A DNA stretch of 64,000 bases from Patescibacteria group bacterium (GCA_041675205.1 JBAYUF010000002.1:1731-65730), one strand, 5' to 3'. Positions 54,044 to 63,409 are shown, numbered from the stretch's first letter. The notes: generated by a model not told the origin, from the letters alone. Made by a program: numbers and translations.

Positions 54044-54771
54044 AAAGACCGGTCGCGGCCAACAATTACCCGTAGTGAACGAGGCATTACCTCGGCAATG
54101 GCCGGAAGCTTGATAGTGTAGTTGCCTTGGATTGTGGCGGTTTCTTCTTCGCCGGCAAAAATACGCACGTGTTTGAAAGGAACGGTGCTTGTGATGGCGG
54201 TAGTGGCTCTGAGCCAGCTACGTTTTGTTGGTGGGGTGAAGTGTGCCTCGAGGTAGCCATCCTGACAGTGTGCAGCAGTAGTAAGATTGGCCAGGGTAAC
54301 TCGGTTGGTGGTTTTCGGAATACTTACCGTGTACCGTTCGTCACACTCTAGGGTGAGTGGTTTTGCCGCAGCTACTTCTACCTCGGTCAAAAAGAAGTGG
54401 GTATCAATTTTACCAAGGTCTATAATTTCTACTTTTCGGGCGGCGAGTACTTCGACAGCTCGTTCGCCTGCCGGAACGCCGAGGTGGTGAGCGATGGTGG
54501 AAGGCTCGCCAATGGGGATGATGCCGAGCGTTGTGTCGGTTCCCGCAATAGCGTCGAGTGTTTCGCTGACAACAGTGTCAGTACCCACAGCGACAATCGT
54601 CGTGGCACCAGCACGAACCGCCTGGCGTACCATGTCTTTGGCGCTCTTTAGTGGCCCAAGGCGGCCAACGCGACCATGGAGCTCGAGATCTGTTAGTCTC
54701 GCCTCAACGTTCGCTAATGCCGCCGCAAGTTTAGGCTGCGTTAGTGCTTCGTCGTAGACGTAGAAGTGCAT
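54040..54771 (-). CDS. DAGK_cat/YegS-like lipid-kinase-fold protein with a degenerate GGDG motif
   Basis: 243 aa. IVAVGTDTVVSETLDAIAG aligns to the DAGK_cat ATP loop (GGDGT here becomes GTDT). Possibly non-catalytic. Confidence 0.5.
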   Translation of the reverse strand: MHFYVYDEALTQPKLAAALANVEARLTDLELHGRVGRLGPLKSAKDMVRQAVRAGATTIVAVGTDTVVSETLDAIAGTDTTLGIIPIGEPSTIAHHLGVPAGERAVEVLAARKVEIIDLGKIDTHFFLTEVEVAAAKPLTLECDERYTVSIPKTTNRVTLANLTTAAHCQDGYLEAHFTPPTKRSWLRATTAITSTVPFKHVRIFAGEEETATIQGNYTIKLPAIAEVMPRSLRVIVGRDRSF

Positions 54772-54795
54772 AATAGAATGGCGCGCTGCGCCACC

Positions 54796-55206
54796 TTATG
54801 ATGTTTTGACGGCCTTCGCTTTGGTCTCTCGTGCGAGTTCACTACTTTCAAGGTCATCAGTTTTTGTCGCGCCCATAGCGCACTTCCCATTGAAACTTGC
54901 TCCTTCAGCAATCACCAGAGACGTGGTGGCGATATCTCCTTCTACTCGACTGCCAGCCAAAAGTTCTATCCTACTTTTTGCAATTATATTGCCACGAACA
55001 AAACCACCAACGACGACAGAGTCGGCTCGAACGTTTGCTTCAATGGTGGCTGATTTTCCAACCTCAACTGAGTGGTTGGTGACGATGGTCCCCTTCACTT
55101 CACCATCAATTACCATGGGGCCTTCCCCTTTGAAATTTCCTTCAACTTTAACCCCCTCTGCAATAACGGTTGCGCCGGCGAAGCCGCCTTCTTTCTGGCT
55201 AAACAT
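54796..55206 (-). CDS. bactofilin (DUF583) polymer-forming cytoskeletal protein
   Basis: 136 aa. Repetitive beta-helix pattern VEGNFKGEGPMVIDGEVKGTIVTNHSVEVGKSATIEANVRADSVVVGGFVRGNI. Acidic/basic tail. Confidence 0.8.
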   Translation of the reverse strand: MFSQKEGGFAGATVIAEGVKVEGNFKGEGPMVIDGEVKGTIVTNHSVEVGKSATIEANVRADSVVVGGFVRGNIIAKSRIELLAGSRVEGDIATTSLVIAEGASFNGKCAMGATKTDDLESSELARETKAKAVKTS

Positions 55207-55358
55207 GAGCGAAAATGGTTAGTAGGTATTAAGTAAACTGTATCGTTCACAGCGGTTACTGTCAAAATATTTGCGAGCAGGTGTAAATTTAGATTCAAAA
55301 TAGCTACCCAACTAATAGACAAGCTTGAACTTCTCAATCAAGGTGATAATATTTAATT

Positions 55359-56033
55359 ATGAGAGTGCATAGTCTTCAGAAGATAGAAAAAGCAAAAAAA
55401 CTCAGAAAGAACGGGTACAGTTTAAATGAAATTTCCAAGCTGCTAACAATTCCAGTGCCAACTGTCTGGCACCATGTACATGCGATACGTTTAAGTCCTT
55501 TTTATGCACGCATCCTGAAAGCTAAACAAGGCGGGAGTGCGAATCGTCGCAAGGTTGGCCTTGCTAAAGCGGAAAGTGAATCGTTGCAATTGTTGGCCAG
55601 TCATCATCGCGAGTCATTTATTGTGCTTGCGATGCTTTATTGGGGAGAGGGCAGTAAGGGGGTTTGTGAGTTAATAAATTCGGACGGGCGATTGATAGCA
55701 TTATATTTAGAAATTTTGCGAAAAGATCTTTCTATATCTGAGTCGCGTATCAAGCCAACCATGCGGTTTTTTACTGGCATGAGTAAAGGGGAGTGCCTTA
55801 AATACTGGGTTCGGGTTACTGGCATCCCCGCTGCGCGATTTAAAATAAATTACAACGACGGAGGTACTCGTGGCAGGACACAGTATGGCATGTGTAGAAT
55901 CACAGTTACAAAAGGTGCTGCTGAAGTTAAGCTATTTCATGCATTGATAAATAACATTTCCGCGAGTATCCTGCCCAAGCAGAGACAGTTTTTAAGCCCT
56001 CGTAGCTCAACGGATAGAGCACCGCAGTCCTAA
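55359..56033 (+). CDS. hypothetical protein with an N-terminal HTH-like segment. A LAGLIDADG-like reading of LAMLYWGEG is speculative.
   Basis: 224 aa. KLRKNGYSLNEISKLLTIPVPTVWHHV is HTH-like. The last 38 nt of the ORF overlap tRNA-Arg on the same strand, so the true C-terminus is uncertain. Confidence 0.35.
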   Translation: MRVHSLQKIEKAKKLRKNGYSLNEISKLLTIPVPTVWHHVHAIRLSPFYARILKAKQGGSANRRKVGLAKAESESLQLLASHHRESFIVLAMLYWGEGSKGVCELINSDGRLIALYLEILRKDLSISESRIKPTMRFFTGMSKGECLKYWVRVTGIPAARFKINYNDGGTRGRTQYGMCRITVTKGAAEVKLFHALINNISASILPKQRQFLSPRSSTDRAPQS

Positions 56034-56067
56034 TGCAGTGATGGGGGTTCAATTCCCTCCGGGGGCA
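55996..56067 (+). tRNA. tRNA-Arg (anticodon CCT)
   Basis: GCCCTCGTAGCTCAACGGATAGAGCACCGCAGTCCTAATGCAGTGATGGGGGTTCAATTCCCTCCGGGGGCA folds as a cloverleaf. The anticodon loop GUCCUAA has U33 and A37. There is one C:A mismatch in the anticodon stem. No CCA is encoded. Confidence 0.7.
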
Positions 56068-56456
56068 GATACCGCTTCGCCGAGTCAGACTCGGCTTCGC
56101 TTCTCTAAAGGGAAACTCCCGTTTCCCTGTTAGGGTATCCCTTCCTCCTTCAAGGTCGTTCATTTTTCCCTCCGCGCGGTAGCAGGCTTTGCCCTACCGC
56201 CACCGTGCTCAGTAAAAACTCACTCTGATTTTAAAAAAAGAGCTCAATACTATATTCCCTTCCATCCCCCAAGGTTGCTCGTTTTTCCTTCTTTGTGATA
56301 AGGAGTAAAGCTCTACGGTCGCTGTGTTCAAAATTACATCACCCATTACGGCTGGTTGTCTGCCGCTATTTGCTATATGCTATTTGCTCCGACGTTTAGT
56401 CGGAGCCCCGATTCATTAGATGCTTTACATTGCGGCGTCGGGGCCATTCGCCATAC

Positions 56457-56529
56457 GGGCCCGTAGCTCATCTGGTAGAGCGCTGCATTCGCATTGCAGA
56501 GGTAAGGGGTTCGATTCCCCTCGGGTCCA
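56457..56529 (+). tRNA. tRNA-Ala (anticodon CGC)
   Basis: GGGCCCGTAGCTCATCTGGTAGAGCGCTGCATTCGCATTGCAGAGGTAAGGGGTTCGATTCCCCTCGGGTCCA has anticodon loop UUCGCAU and the G3:U70 pair. No CCA is encoded. Confidence 0.85.
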
Positions 56530-56532
56530 AAA

Positions 56533-56568
56533 GAAAACCTTTCCCTTTTCGGGAAGGGTTTTCTTTAT
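56533..56568 (+). terminator. rho-independent terminator AAACCUUUCCC-uuuuc-GGGAAGGGUUU-UCUUUAUU after tRNA-Ala
   Basis: 11-bp stem with one mismatch, followed by a T-run. Confidence 0.6.
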
Positions 56569-56720
56569 TGTAGAGAGAGGGGAATCGAATACCACAGGTA
56601 CTTCCTTCGGTCGCGGGGAACAGCTGGCGGTGAGGAGTGTCTGAAGGTATCCATTACGTCGTATGACGGCTGAATTATGAACAGCTTTCCTACTGCTTCG
56701 TCCTAGGGTAAAGTAAAAAT

Positions 56721-57818
56721 ATGGCTGCACACAAAAAACTTACCGTCCTCCTTCTTTTTGGCGGCAAATCAACGGAGCATGAAGTATCCGTTGTTTCCGC
56801 CCGGGGTATTTATAATGCTCTTGATAAGAATAAGTACGATGTCGTGTTGGCCGGAATTGACCACGATGGCCGCTGGCAGCTTCAGGGGGGTGCGGAGCGT
56901 ATGCTCCTCGAGGGCAGCGTTGAACAAGCTGGTGGTACGCAGGTTTTACCCACAGCGCTTAATGGTGGGTTAACTCTGCGTGGTGCAACTGATGGGGATA
57001 CGCATAAAATTGATGTTGTTTTCCCTATCATCCACGGCACGGGCGGTGAGGATGGGACGTTGCAAGGTCTTCTGGAGCTTATCGAAGTGCCCTACGTTGG
57101 CTGCGGTGTCTTGGGTTCAGCGGTTGGTATGGACAAGGACGTTGCGAAACGACTCGTGGCTGCGGCAGGCATTCCCGTTGCTCGAACAATAGTTGTACGA
57201 CCACACACGCACATAAGCCAAGCAGTTCGCGACTTCACGGCAACTGTTGGTTTTCCGGTTTTTGTTAAACCGGCTAGTCTTGGCTCTTCGGTGGGAGTTG
57301 TGAAAGTTGCCGATGCTGAAAATCTTCAGCAAGCGATTGAGGCTGCCTTTTTTTATGACACGAAGGTTTTAATAGAAGAGGGCATTGTGGGACGTGAGAT
57401 TGAGGTGGCAGTACTTGGAAACGATGTTCCTGAAGCCTCGGTTCCAGGAGAGGTAACTCCAACGCATGATTTCTATTCTTACGAAGCGAAGTATATTGAT
57501 GAGGCAGGAGCGGCATTGCAAATTCCGGCGGCGCTTACGAAAGCGGAGCAGCAGGAAGCGCAGCGGTTAGCGTGTAAGATTTTTCAAACATTAGAATTGT
57601 CAGGAATGGCGCGAGTGGATTTTTTCTACACTCCTAGTGGCACATGGGTCTTTAACGAGGTGAATACAGCGCCAGGGTTTACACCAATCAGTATGTACCC
57701 GAAGTTGTGGGAATGTTCTGGTCTCCCGTATCCACAACTTCTCGATCGGTTGATTGAATTAGCGCGGCAACGGTACGAAGTGCGGCGAGCGGTGCAGCGA
57801 AAGTTTAAAATCTCTTGA
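56721..57818 (+). CDS. ddl: D-alanine--D-alanine ligase
   Basis: 365 aa. N-terminus LTVLLLFGGKSTEHEVSVVSARG. ATP-grasp core GTGGEDGTLQGLLE, FVKPASLGSSVG. C-terminus EVNTAPGFT. Confidence 0.9.
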   Translation: MAAHKKLTVLLLFGGKSTEHEVSVVSARGIYNALDKNKYDVVLAGIDHDGRWQLQGGAERMLLEGSVEQAGGTQVLPTALNGGLTLRGATDGDTHKIDVVFPIIHGTGGEDGTLQGLLELIEVPYVGCGVLGSAVGMDKDVAKRLVAAAGIPVARTIVVRPHTHISQAVRDFTATVGFPVFVKPASLGSSVGVVKVADAENLQQAIEAAFFYDTKVLIEEGIVGREIEVAVLGNDVPEASVPGEVTPTHDFYSYEAKYIDEAGAALQIPAALTKAEQQEAQRLACKIFQTLELSGMARVDFFYTPSGTWVFNEVNTAPGFTPISMYPKLWECSGLPYPQLLDRLIELARQRYEVRRAVQRKFKIS

Positions 57819-57859
57819 CACGGTATTCCGCCAGAGTATTCTAGCGATAATGGTAATTC

Positions 57860-59311
57860 GTGTGGTGGGCAACGTGCCCACCGCTTTCAATAAAAAATAT
57901 GATTTTCGTAAATAACGCAAAACTGTTCTTGCAGCGTTTTAAGATGGTACTGATTGGTGCCACAGTATTTTGGGGGCATAGTGTTTTTGCCAGTTCGGGA
58001 GCGGTGCCCGAAGGTGCAAATATCGCAACTGTTTTTTTATGGATTGCCATCCTGCTACTCGCCGCGAAGTTTTCAGGATTCGTGGCAGCGTTCGGTCAAC
58101 CGGCGGTTCTCGGGGAGCTCCTCATCGGTGTTTTCCTTGGTAACCTGGCGCTTATTGGTATTAATTTTTTTGAGCCAATTGCCCAAAACGAGATAATTCA
58201 TTTTCTTGCCGAACTGGGTGTCGTTATTTTGCTGTTTCAGATTGGGCTAGAATCCAATATTGCCGAGATGCAACGGACTGGTCCGCGAGCTGTGATTGTT
58301 GCCGTTGTTGGTGTCATAGTGCCCTTCGTCCTGGGGACATACGTCGTCGGTCCTTGGCTTTTCCCGGAACTTAGTCTGAATGCTCATCTTTTCCTTGGCG
58401 CGACGTTGACCGCCACCTCCGTAGGTATAACTGGCCGGGTATTTAAAGATCTTCATTTCATCAAGGAACCTGAAGCGCAAATTGTGCTTGGCGCGGCTGT
58501 AATCGATGATGTGCTGGGTCTCATCATTTTGGCCATTGTTTCGGCAATTGTGACGCTTGGCGCCGTCAGCTTTGGCGCCGTCAGCTTCATCATTGGAAAG
58601 GCCGTCCTTTTCCTTGTTGGGGCAATTGTCGTCGGGCAGCTTGCTGCTCCGAGAATTGGCCGACTCTTCTCCCTAATAAGCACAGGAGTCGGAATGAAAT
58701 TTACTTTGGCAGTATCCTTTGGTCTCGTATTTTCCTATTTGGCGAGCGCGATTGGTCTAGCACCGATTGTTGGTGCGTTTGCTGCCGGATTAATTTTAGA
58801 TTCGGTACATTTTCAATACTTCAAAGATCCGAAGGTTATTCGAGACGTACGAAAATATATTGCTGGGTGTGATGAAACTACTAGGGTGGGCATCGAAGCA
58901 ATCATTGAGCCACACGCAAAGCGCCATTTAGATTCTATTGTCGAACCAGTAGGGTATCTCGTCGTCCCAATTTTTTTCGTGGTTACCGGTATGAACGTTA
59001 ATGTGGCTACCTTCACAAATCCGCGACTGCTCGTGCTCGCACTCGCCGTAACAGTTGTCGCGTTTATTGGTAAATTAGCAGCCGGCTTGGTTGCTGGCCC
59101 CGTCCGCAAACTCATTGTCGGTTTTGGTATGGTGCCGCGTGGTGAGGTTGGGCTTATCTTTGCCACTGTGGGGAGAAGCTTGGGCGTCGTTTCTGAAGAT
59201 GTTTACTCGGTTATTGTTATTATGGTTATAGTGACCACGATTTTTACACCTCCAATTTTAACTCGTCTCATAAAACAACACTCAACCGAACCGGTGGTGA
59301 GTGGTAAATAG
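57860..59311 (+). CDS. cation:proton antiporter, CPA2 family (Kef/NapA-like Na+/H+ or K+/H+ exchanger)
   Basis: 483 aa with about 12 TM helices. GQPAVLGELLIGVFLG is the CPA2 N-terminal motif. The start may be an internal Met (MIFVNN at 57899 or MVLIGA at 57944). Confidence 0.8.
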   Translation: MWWATCPPLSIKNMIFVNNAKLFLQRFKMVLIGATVFWGHSVFASSGAVPEGANIATVFLWIAILLLAAKFSGFVAAFGQPAVLGELLIGVFLGNLALIGINFFEPIAQNEIIHFLAELGVVILLFQIGLESNIAEMQRTGPRAVIVAVVGVIVPFVLGTYVVGPWLFPELSLNAHLFLGATLTATSVGITGRVFKDLHFIKEPEAQIVLGAAVIDDVLGLIILAIVSAIVTLGAVSFGAVSFIIGKAVLFLVGAIVVGQLAAPRIGRLFSLISTGVGMKFTLAVSFGLVFSYLASAIGLAPIVGAFAAGLILDSVHFQYFKDPKVIRDVRKYIAGCDETTRVGIEAIIEPHAKRHLDSIVEPVGYLVVPIFFVVTGMNVNVATFTNPRLLVLALAVTVVAFIGKLAAGLVAGPVRKLIVGFGMVPRGEVGLIFATVGRSLGVVSEDVYSVIVIMVIVTTIFTPPILTRLIKQHSTEPVVSGK

Positions 59312-59358
59312 GAAGGAGAAATTGCCAAGCCTGGCGGGCTGTACTAGGATTGCTTTAG

Positions 59359-59394
59359 GCACGGGATTTCCCAGCCTCACCCGTGCGGTGAGGC
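59359..59394 (+). promoter_or_regulatory. two mutually exclusive hairpins (GCACGGG/CCCGUGC and GCCUCACC/GGUGAGGC) in the antiporter-mgtE spacer
   Basis: H1 pairs 59359-59365 with 59380-59386. H2 pairs 59374-59381 with 59387-59394. The two share bases, giving an attenuator-like or terminator architecture ahead of mgtE. Confidence 0.35.
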
Positions 59395-59412
59395 GCTTGT
59401 TATTAAAACTCT

Positions 59413-60774
59413 ATGCATAAATCCCTCAATCGTGTCCAAGATGCACTGCTCAGGTTGATTCGCAATCATGCGCTCAGCTCAGCATTTAATGCAGTGAAAC
59501 AAATGCATCCGGCTGATTTGGCGCAACTGTTGCCGTATCTTCAAGCAAGTGAACAGCAGTGGTTTGCGGAGAGCCTGTTGAAGAGCCGAAAGTTAGCTCG
59601 AGTTATCAGTGAACTTGATGAATCACAAGTTCCAGAGATTTTAGAGCTCATTCCAGAGGACCATTTCATGGCGGCGCTCCAAGAGCTTGATCCGGATGAC
59701 GTCGCAGATTTAATTCATGGATTACCAGAAGAACGGCGGCAACCAGTGTTTGATAAATTAAACGGCACGCAGAAGAAAGCAGTTGGAAAATTGTTAGGCT
59801 ACGCACCAGATACGGCCGGTGGAATCATGACCACTGACCTGTTGTCGATGCAAAGCACTTTAACTGTCGGGGAAGCTATTGCACAGATTCGTGCGTTACC
59901 CAAGGACGCGGCCGAAGAGTACTACAGCATTTATGTGTGTGACGACAATGAGCAACTAGTAGGTGCAGTGACGTTTCGTCAATTGGTGCTGTCTGCTGCG
60001 GACGTAACGCTGGCTGACATCATGGAAGTGGACCCCGTTGCAGTGCGCCCACACGCTAATCAAGAGTTCGTAGCCGATTTAATCGCCCGCTATAATTTAC
60101 TCTCCGTTCCCGTTATAGATGATAACCATCGATTAGTCGGGCGAATTACTGTTGACGACGCTATTGATGTTTTGACCGATGAGGCAACGCAAGATATCTA
60201 CCACCTTGCTAACCTTGGCCAAGAAGACCACGTTTCGACGCCGATTATTATTTCTACTCGCCGTCGTGCCCCATGGTTACTCATTAATTTGGGTACCGCC
60301 GTTTTAGCTGCCGCGACGATTTCACTTTTTTCGGACACCATTGCCCAGTATGTTGTTCTAGCCGCTATGATGCCAATCGTTTCTGGTATGGGTGGTAACG
60401 CTGGTACACAATCACTGACCGTTGTGGTGCGGAGCCTCGCACTCGGTGAAGTTGATTGGAGCCTTGGAATGAAAGTAATCGGGAAAGAGTTGGGCATCGG
60501 TGTTTTGAATGGCATGCTCATTGGTGTTGTTATCGGTCTCTTAACGTTTGCGTGGTATCAGAACATTTGGCTGGCACTTGTTATGTTCTTGGCCATGCTC
60601 GGAAACTTAATTATTGCAGGACTCGTTGGCGCCTTCGTTCCCTTAGTGCTTCGTAAATTGAAGCAAGACCCGGCGCTCGGGTCGAGTATTTTTGTCACAA
60701 CCGCCACAGACGTTGGTGGGTTCTCCCTCTTCCTTGGATTAGCCACCCTGCTCATTAGCCTCATTGTTAAGTAA
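59413..60774 (+). CDS. mgtE: magnesium transporter MgtE
   Basis: 453 aa. MgtE N-domain, tandem CBS domains, and a C-terminal 5-TM channel with GMGGNAGTQSLTVVVRSLALGE. Confidence 0.9.
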   Translation: MHKSLNRVQDALLRLIRNHALSSAFNAVKQMHPADLAQLLPYLQASEQQWFAESLLKSRKLARVISELDESQVPEILELIPEDHFMAALQELDPDDVADLIHGLPEERRQPVFDKLNGTQKKAVGKLLGYAPDTAGGIMTTDLLSMQSTLTVGEAIAQIRALPKDAAEEYYSIYVCDDNEQLVGAVTFRQLVLSAADVTLADIMEVDPVAVRPHANQEFVADLIARYNLLSVPVIDDNHRLVGRITVDDAIDVLTDEATQDIYHLANLGQEDHVSTPIIISTRRRAPWLLINLGTAVLAAATISLFSDTIAQYVVLAAMMPIVSGMGGNAGTQSLTVVVRSLALGEVDWSLGMKVIGKELGIGVLNGMLIGVVIGLLTFAWYQNIWLALVMFLAMLGNLIIAGLVGAFVPLVLRKLKQDPALGSSIFVTTATDVGGFSLFLGLATLLISLIVK

Positions 60775-60780
60775 GGTCGT

Positions 60781-61524
60781 ATGTCGGCGTTAGTGGTTAC
60801 GAATTTACAAAAATCTTACAACGGCGTTCCGGCAGTAAACGACGTTTCGTTTTCAATTGCCGAAGGGGAATTTTTTGGTTTCCTTGGTCCGAATGGTGCT
60901 GGGAAAACAACCACCATTGGCTGCATCGCGGGGCTGGTTACTCCAGACTCTGGGAGCATCACTGTTTTTAGTCAGGATGTTGTTACAAATTACCGAGCGG
61001 CACGGGCGTTGGTTGGTTTGTCGCCGCAAGAGTTTAATGTTGATATTTTTCGCTATCCTTTAGAAACACTGATAAGTAACGGAGGTTACTTTGGCATTAC
61101 TGAGGGGGCTGCTAAACTACGCGCCGAAACACTACTGAAGCGGTTTGATTTGTGGGAGCAACGGATGAAGCCATTTCAAAGTTTGTCTGGTGGTATGAAA
61201 CGTCGTGTACTTTTGGCTCGGGCTTTAATGCATAAACCAAAGTTGCTCATTCTCGATGAACCGACGGCGGGAGTGGACGTAGAAATGCGGCACTGGCTCT
61301 GGCAAGAGTTAAAAGATATTCAAGCACAAGGGACAACCATTCTTTTAACAACGCACTACCTAGAAGAAGCAGAACGGCTTTGTGAGCGCGTGGCCATAAT
61401 CGATCATGGAAAGATTGTGCTTATGGAAAAAACAGCTGAGCTACTCGCAAAAGAGGGCCACAAGAAATTGGAAGAAATTTATCTTGACCTCACGCGAACC
61501 GAGGCTAAAGAGAACGGGATATGA
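60781..61524 (+). CDS. ABC transporter ATP-binding protein (ABC-2/DrrA-like)
   Basis: 247 aa. Walker A GPNGAGKTT, signature LSGGMKRRVLLARAL, Walker B LLILDEPTAGVD. Confidence 0.9.
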   Translation: MSALVVTNLQKSYNGVPAVNDVSFSIAEGEFFGFLGPNGAGKTTTIGCIAGLVTPDSGSITVFSQDVVTNYRAARALVGLSPQEFNVDIFRYPLETLISNGGYFGITEGAAKLRAETLLKRFDLWEQRMKPFQSLSGGMKRRVLLARALMHKPKLLILDEPTAGVDVEMRHWLWQELKDIQAQGTTILLTTHYLEEAERLCERVAIIDHGKIVLMEKTAELLAKEGHKKLEEIYLDLTRTEAKENGI

Positions 61525-62285
61525 ACTGGGTAGGGCTGTATACGTTATACATTCGTGAGTTGCGCAAAACATTTAAGTTAGCGGTGCAGACGGTATTCCC
61601 CCCTATTATTTCCTCACTCCTGTATATTGTTGTCTTTGGCAACATTCTCGGGTCACGAATTGAAAATATACTGCCAGGCGTAAGCTACATTGATTTTATG
61701 ATTCCGGGGTTACTTATGATGAACGTCATCTCTGCCAGTTTTACAAACACTTCTTCATCTATCTACATTGGGAAGTTGCAGAATACACTCTCTGAGCTTC
61801 TTGTTGCACCACTTTCGTACACGGAGATTGTTCTTGGATTTGTGCTCGCCGCCACTACTCGCGGGTTGGTGGTTGGGCTTGGGGTGTATGGCGTAGCCTT
61901 ATTTTTCACAACTGCATCCATTTCTCATTTCTGGGCGTTTCTATTTTTCCTTATCGCTACGTCACTGTTGTTTGCTTCGCTTGGAGGCATCGTCGGATTG
62001 TGGGGGAAATCGTTTGATCACATTAGTCTTCCTAATACATTCATACTGCTCCCACTCTCTTTCTTTGGTGGTGTCTTTCATTCGGTGCGATTACTCCCTG
62101 ACTGGATGGCAACAGTGAGCCACTTCAACCCTATTTTTTATATGGTTAATGGCATTCGTTTTAGCATGATAGGAATAAGTGACGTGAACTCCCTCATTGC
62201 CGCCGCTGTTGTTATTGCCCTAACAATTTTTTCGTTTGCCATGTGCGTTCGTATGTTCCAACGAGGCTACAATTTGAGGTCCTAA
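61521..62285 (+). CDS. ABC-2 family transporter permease
   Basis: 254 aa with six TM helices. It overlaps the ATPase gene by 4 nt (ATGA), which points to an operon. Confidence 0.8.
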   Translation: MNWVGLYTLYIRELRKTFKLAVQTVFPPIISSLLYIVVFGNILGSRIENILPGVSYIDFMIPGLLMMNVISASFTNTSSSIYIGKLQNTLSELLVAPLSYTEIVLGFVLAATTRGLVVGLGVYGVALFFTTASISHFWAFLFFLIATSLLFASLGGIVGLWGKSFDHISLPNTFILLPLSFFGGVFHSVRLLPDWMATVSHFNPIFYMVNGIRFSMIGISDVNSLIAAAVVIALTIFSFAMCVRMFQRGYNLRS

Positions 62286-62405
62286 ATTCTACACAAAGCT
62301 GCGTTGCTCATTCTGAACGGCGGTGCTAAGGTACCGCCGTTTGCGTTTTTAGCGTCTATAGAGACGCTCCATGATCATTACCAGAGGAATAAGGAGGAAA
62401 GAACC

Positions 62406-63200
62406 GTGAGAACATTTAAGCTGCCAATGCGACTCTTGGGACTCGGTTCCGGGGGCGGGAGCACGCTCAGGGCCATCAAGTTGGCGACCATGGAAGGCGG
62501 AATCCTTCATGGTCTTGTCGAGTTGGTGTGCGCCGTCGCAACCAACACCAAGGACGCCCTTGGTCTCATCGACAAGCTCACCGCTCTCGGCATGACTGAG
62601 GGGGACAATCTTCTCGTCGTGCCGTACAAGGTGAGTGAGGCGGAACACTGGGGGCGAGTTCTTCTTGAACTCTCTCGTCAGTTCGCGGTGGACCATGTTG
62701 GACTCTACGGTTGCATCCCAACCGTGCCGGAGTCGTGCGTCAGAGCACTCGTTGCCGAGGGCATCCGCGGCACGAACCAGCATCCGGCTCATCCGAAAGC
62801 ATTCGGTGGGCCGGGTATGTTTGGGAAGCGTGTCGTGGCGTCGCAGATCGCGTTCGCCCGTCTCGTGCTACCGCGTGATTTCGTGGCCATGTCAGTTTGC
62901 CAGGATCTCGATCCGTTTGTCGACGAAGGAAGAGTGCTCCACTTTGAGGAGTGCCCAATTTTGCCGGCAGATGACGTGGACTCACTGCAAGCAAGGCTTC
63001 TTCCGACCGAACACTGCGTTCAGATCGAGGCGTTGCGTCGTGCGGCGCAAGGTGAGCTGTTGCCTGTCGATTGTCCCTCGCCGGTGAGGGCAGGAGAAGA
63101 GAGGCGGCTCAACTGGGCCAAAGAAATCGGTTTCATGCTGTACCCCGAGGGACGCCCCTATAAGGAGTGCCTCGCGAGAATGATCGAGCGGCGCCGCTGA
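62406..63200 (+). CDS. formyltransferase-family protein, PurN (GAR transformylase)-like, GC-rich
   Basis: GTG start 7 nt after AAGGAGGA. LLGLGSGGGSTLRAIKLA aligns with the PurN N-terminal IVVLISGNGSNLQAIIDA. GTNQHPAHPKAFGGPG aligns with NIHPSLLP...G. DDVDSLQARLLPTEHCVQIEAL aligns with the PurN C-terminal helix. Confidence 0.55.
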   Translation: MRTFKLPMRLLGLGSGGGSTLRAIKLATMEGGILHGLVELVCAVATNTKDALGLIDKLTALGMTEGDNLLVVPYKVSEAEHWGRVLLELSRQFAVDHVGLYGCIPTVPESCVRALVAEGIRGTNQHPAHPKAFGGPGMFGKRVVASQIAFARLVLPRDFVAMSVCQDLDPFVDEGRVLHFEECPILPADDVDSLQARLLPTEHCVQIEALRRAAQGELLPVDCPSPVRAGEERRLNWAKEIGFMLYPEGRPYKECLARMIERRR

Positions 63201-63214
63201 GAAGAAGGAGTAGG

Positions 63215-63409
63215 ACCATTTTCCATGCCGGGACGAGGGTCGCCGACAGCGGCCGGGACATCCTCACGGATAGTGGGCGCGCGTTGACGGTCGTCGGGCG
63301 AGGTGCAAACCTCGATTTCCGTGCGGCGCGTGAAGCCGCTTACCGTCGGGTCAATACGATTCACTGGGATGGTGAGTACCACCGGAACGATATCGCTGCT
63401 GGGCTTTAG
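63215..63409 (+). pseudogene. remnant of phosphoribosylamine--glycine ligase (PurD) C-terminal domain only
   Basis: The translation ...IFHAGTRVADSGRDILTDSGRALTVVGRGANLDFRAAREAAYRRVNTIHWDGEYHRNDIAAGL matches only the last ~65 aa of PurD (FHAGT...GGRVL.VTA.G....A...AY..V..I.F.G..YR.DIG). There is no upstream PurD body, and the frame runs out of the end of the preceding gene. Confidence 0.5.

Noticed and set aside
56420-56730. ORFs 56420..56644 (+) and 56425..56730 (-)
   Set aside because: They overlap tRNA-Ala(CGC) and its terminator hairpin. No coding signal.
59311-59413. M-box (ykoK) riboswitch upstream of mgtE
   Set aside because: The spacer is only ~100 nt and lacks the conserved M-box core. 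Only a two-hairpin attenuator-like element is claimed.
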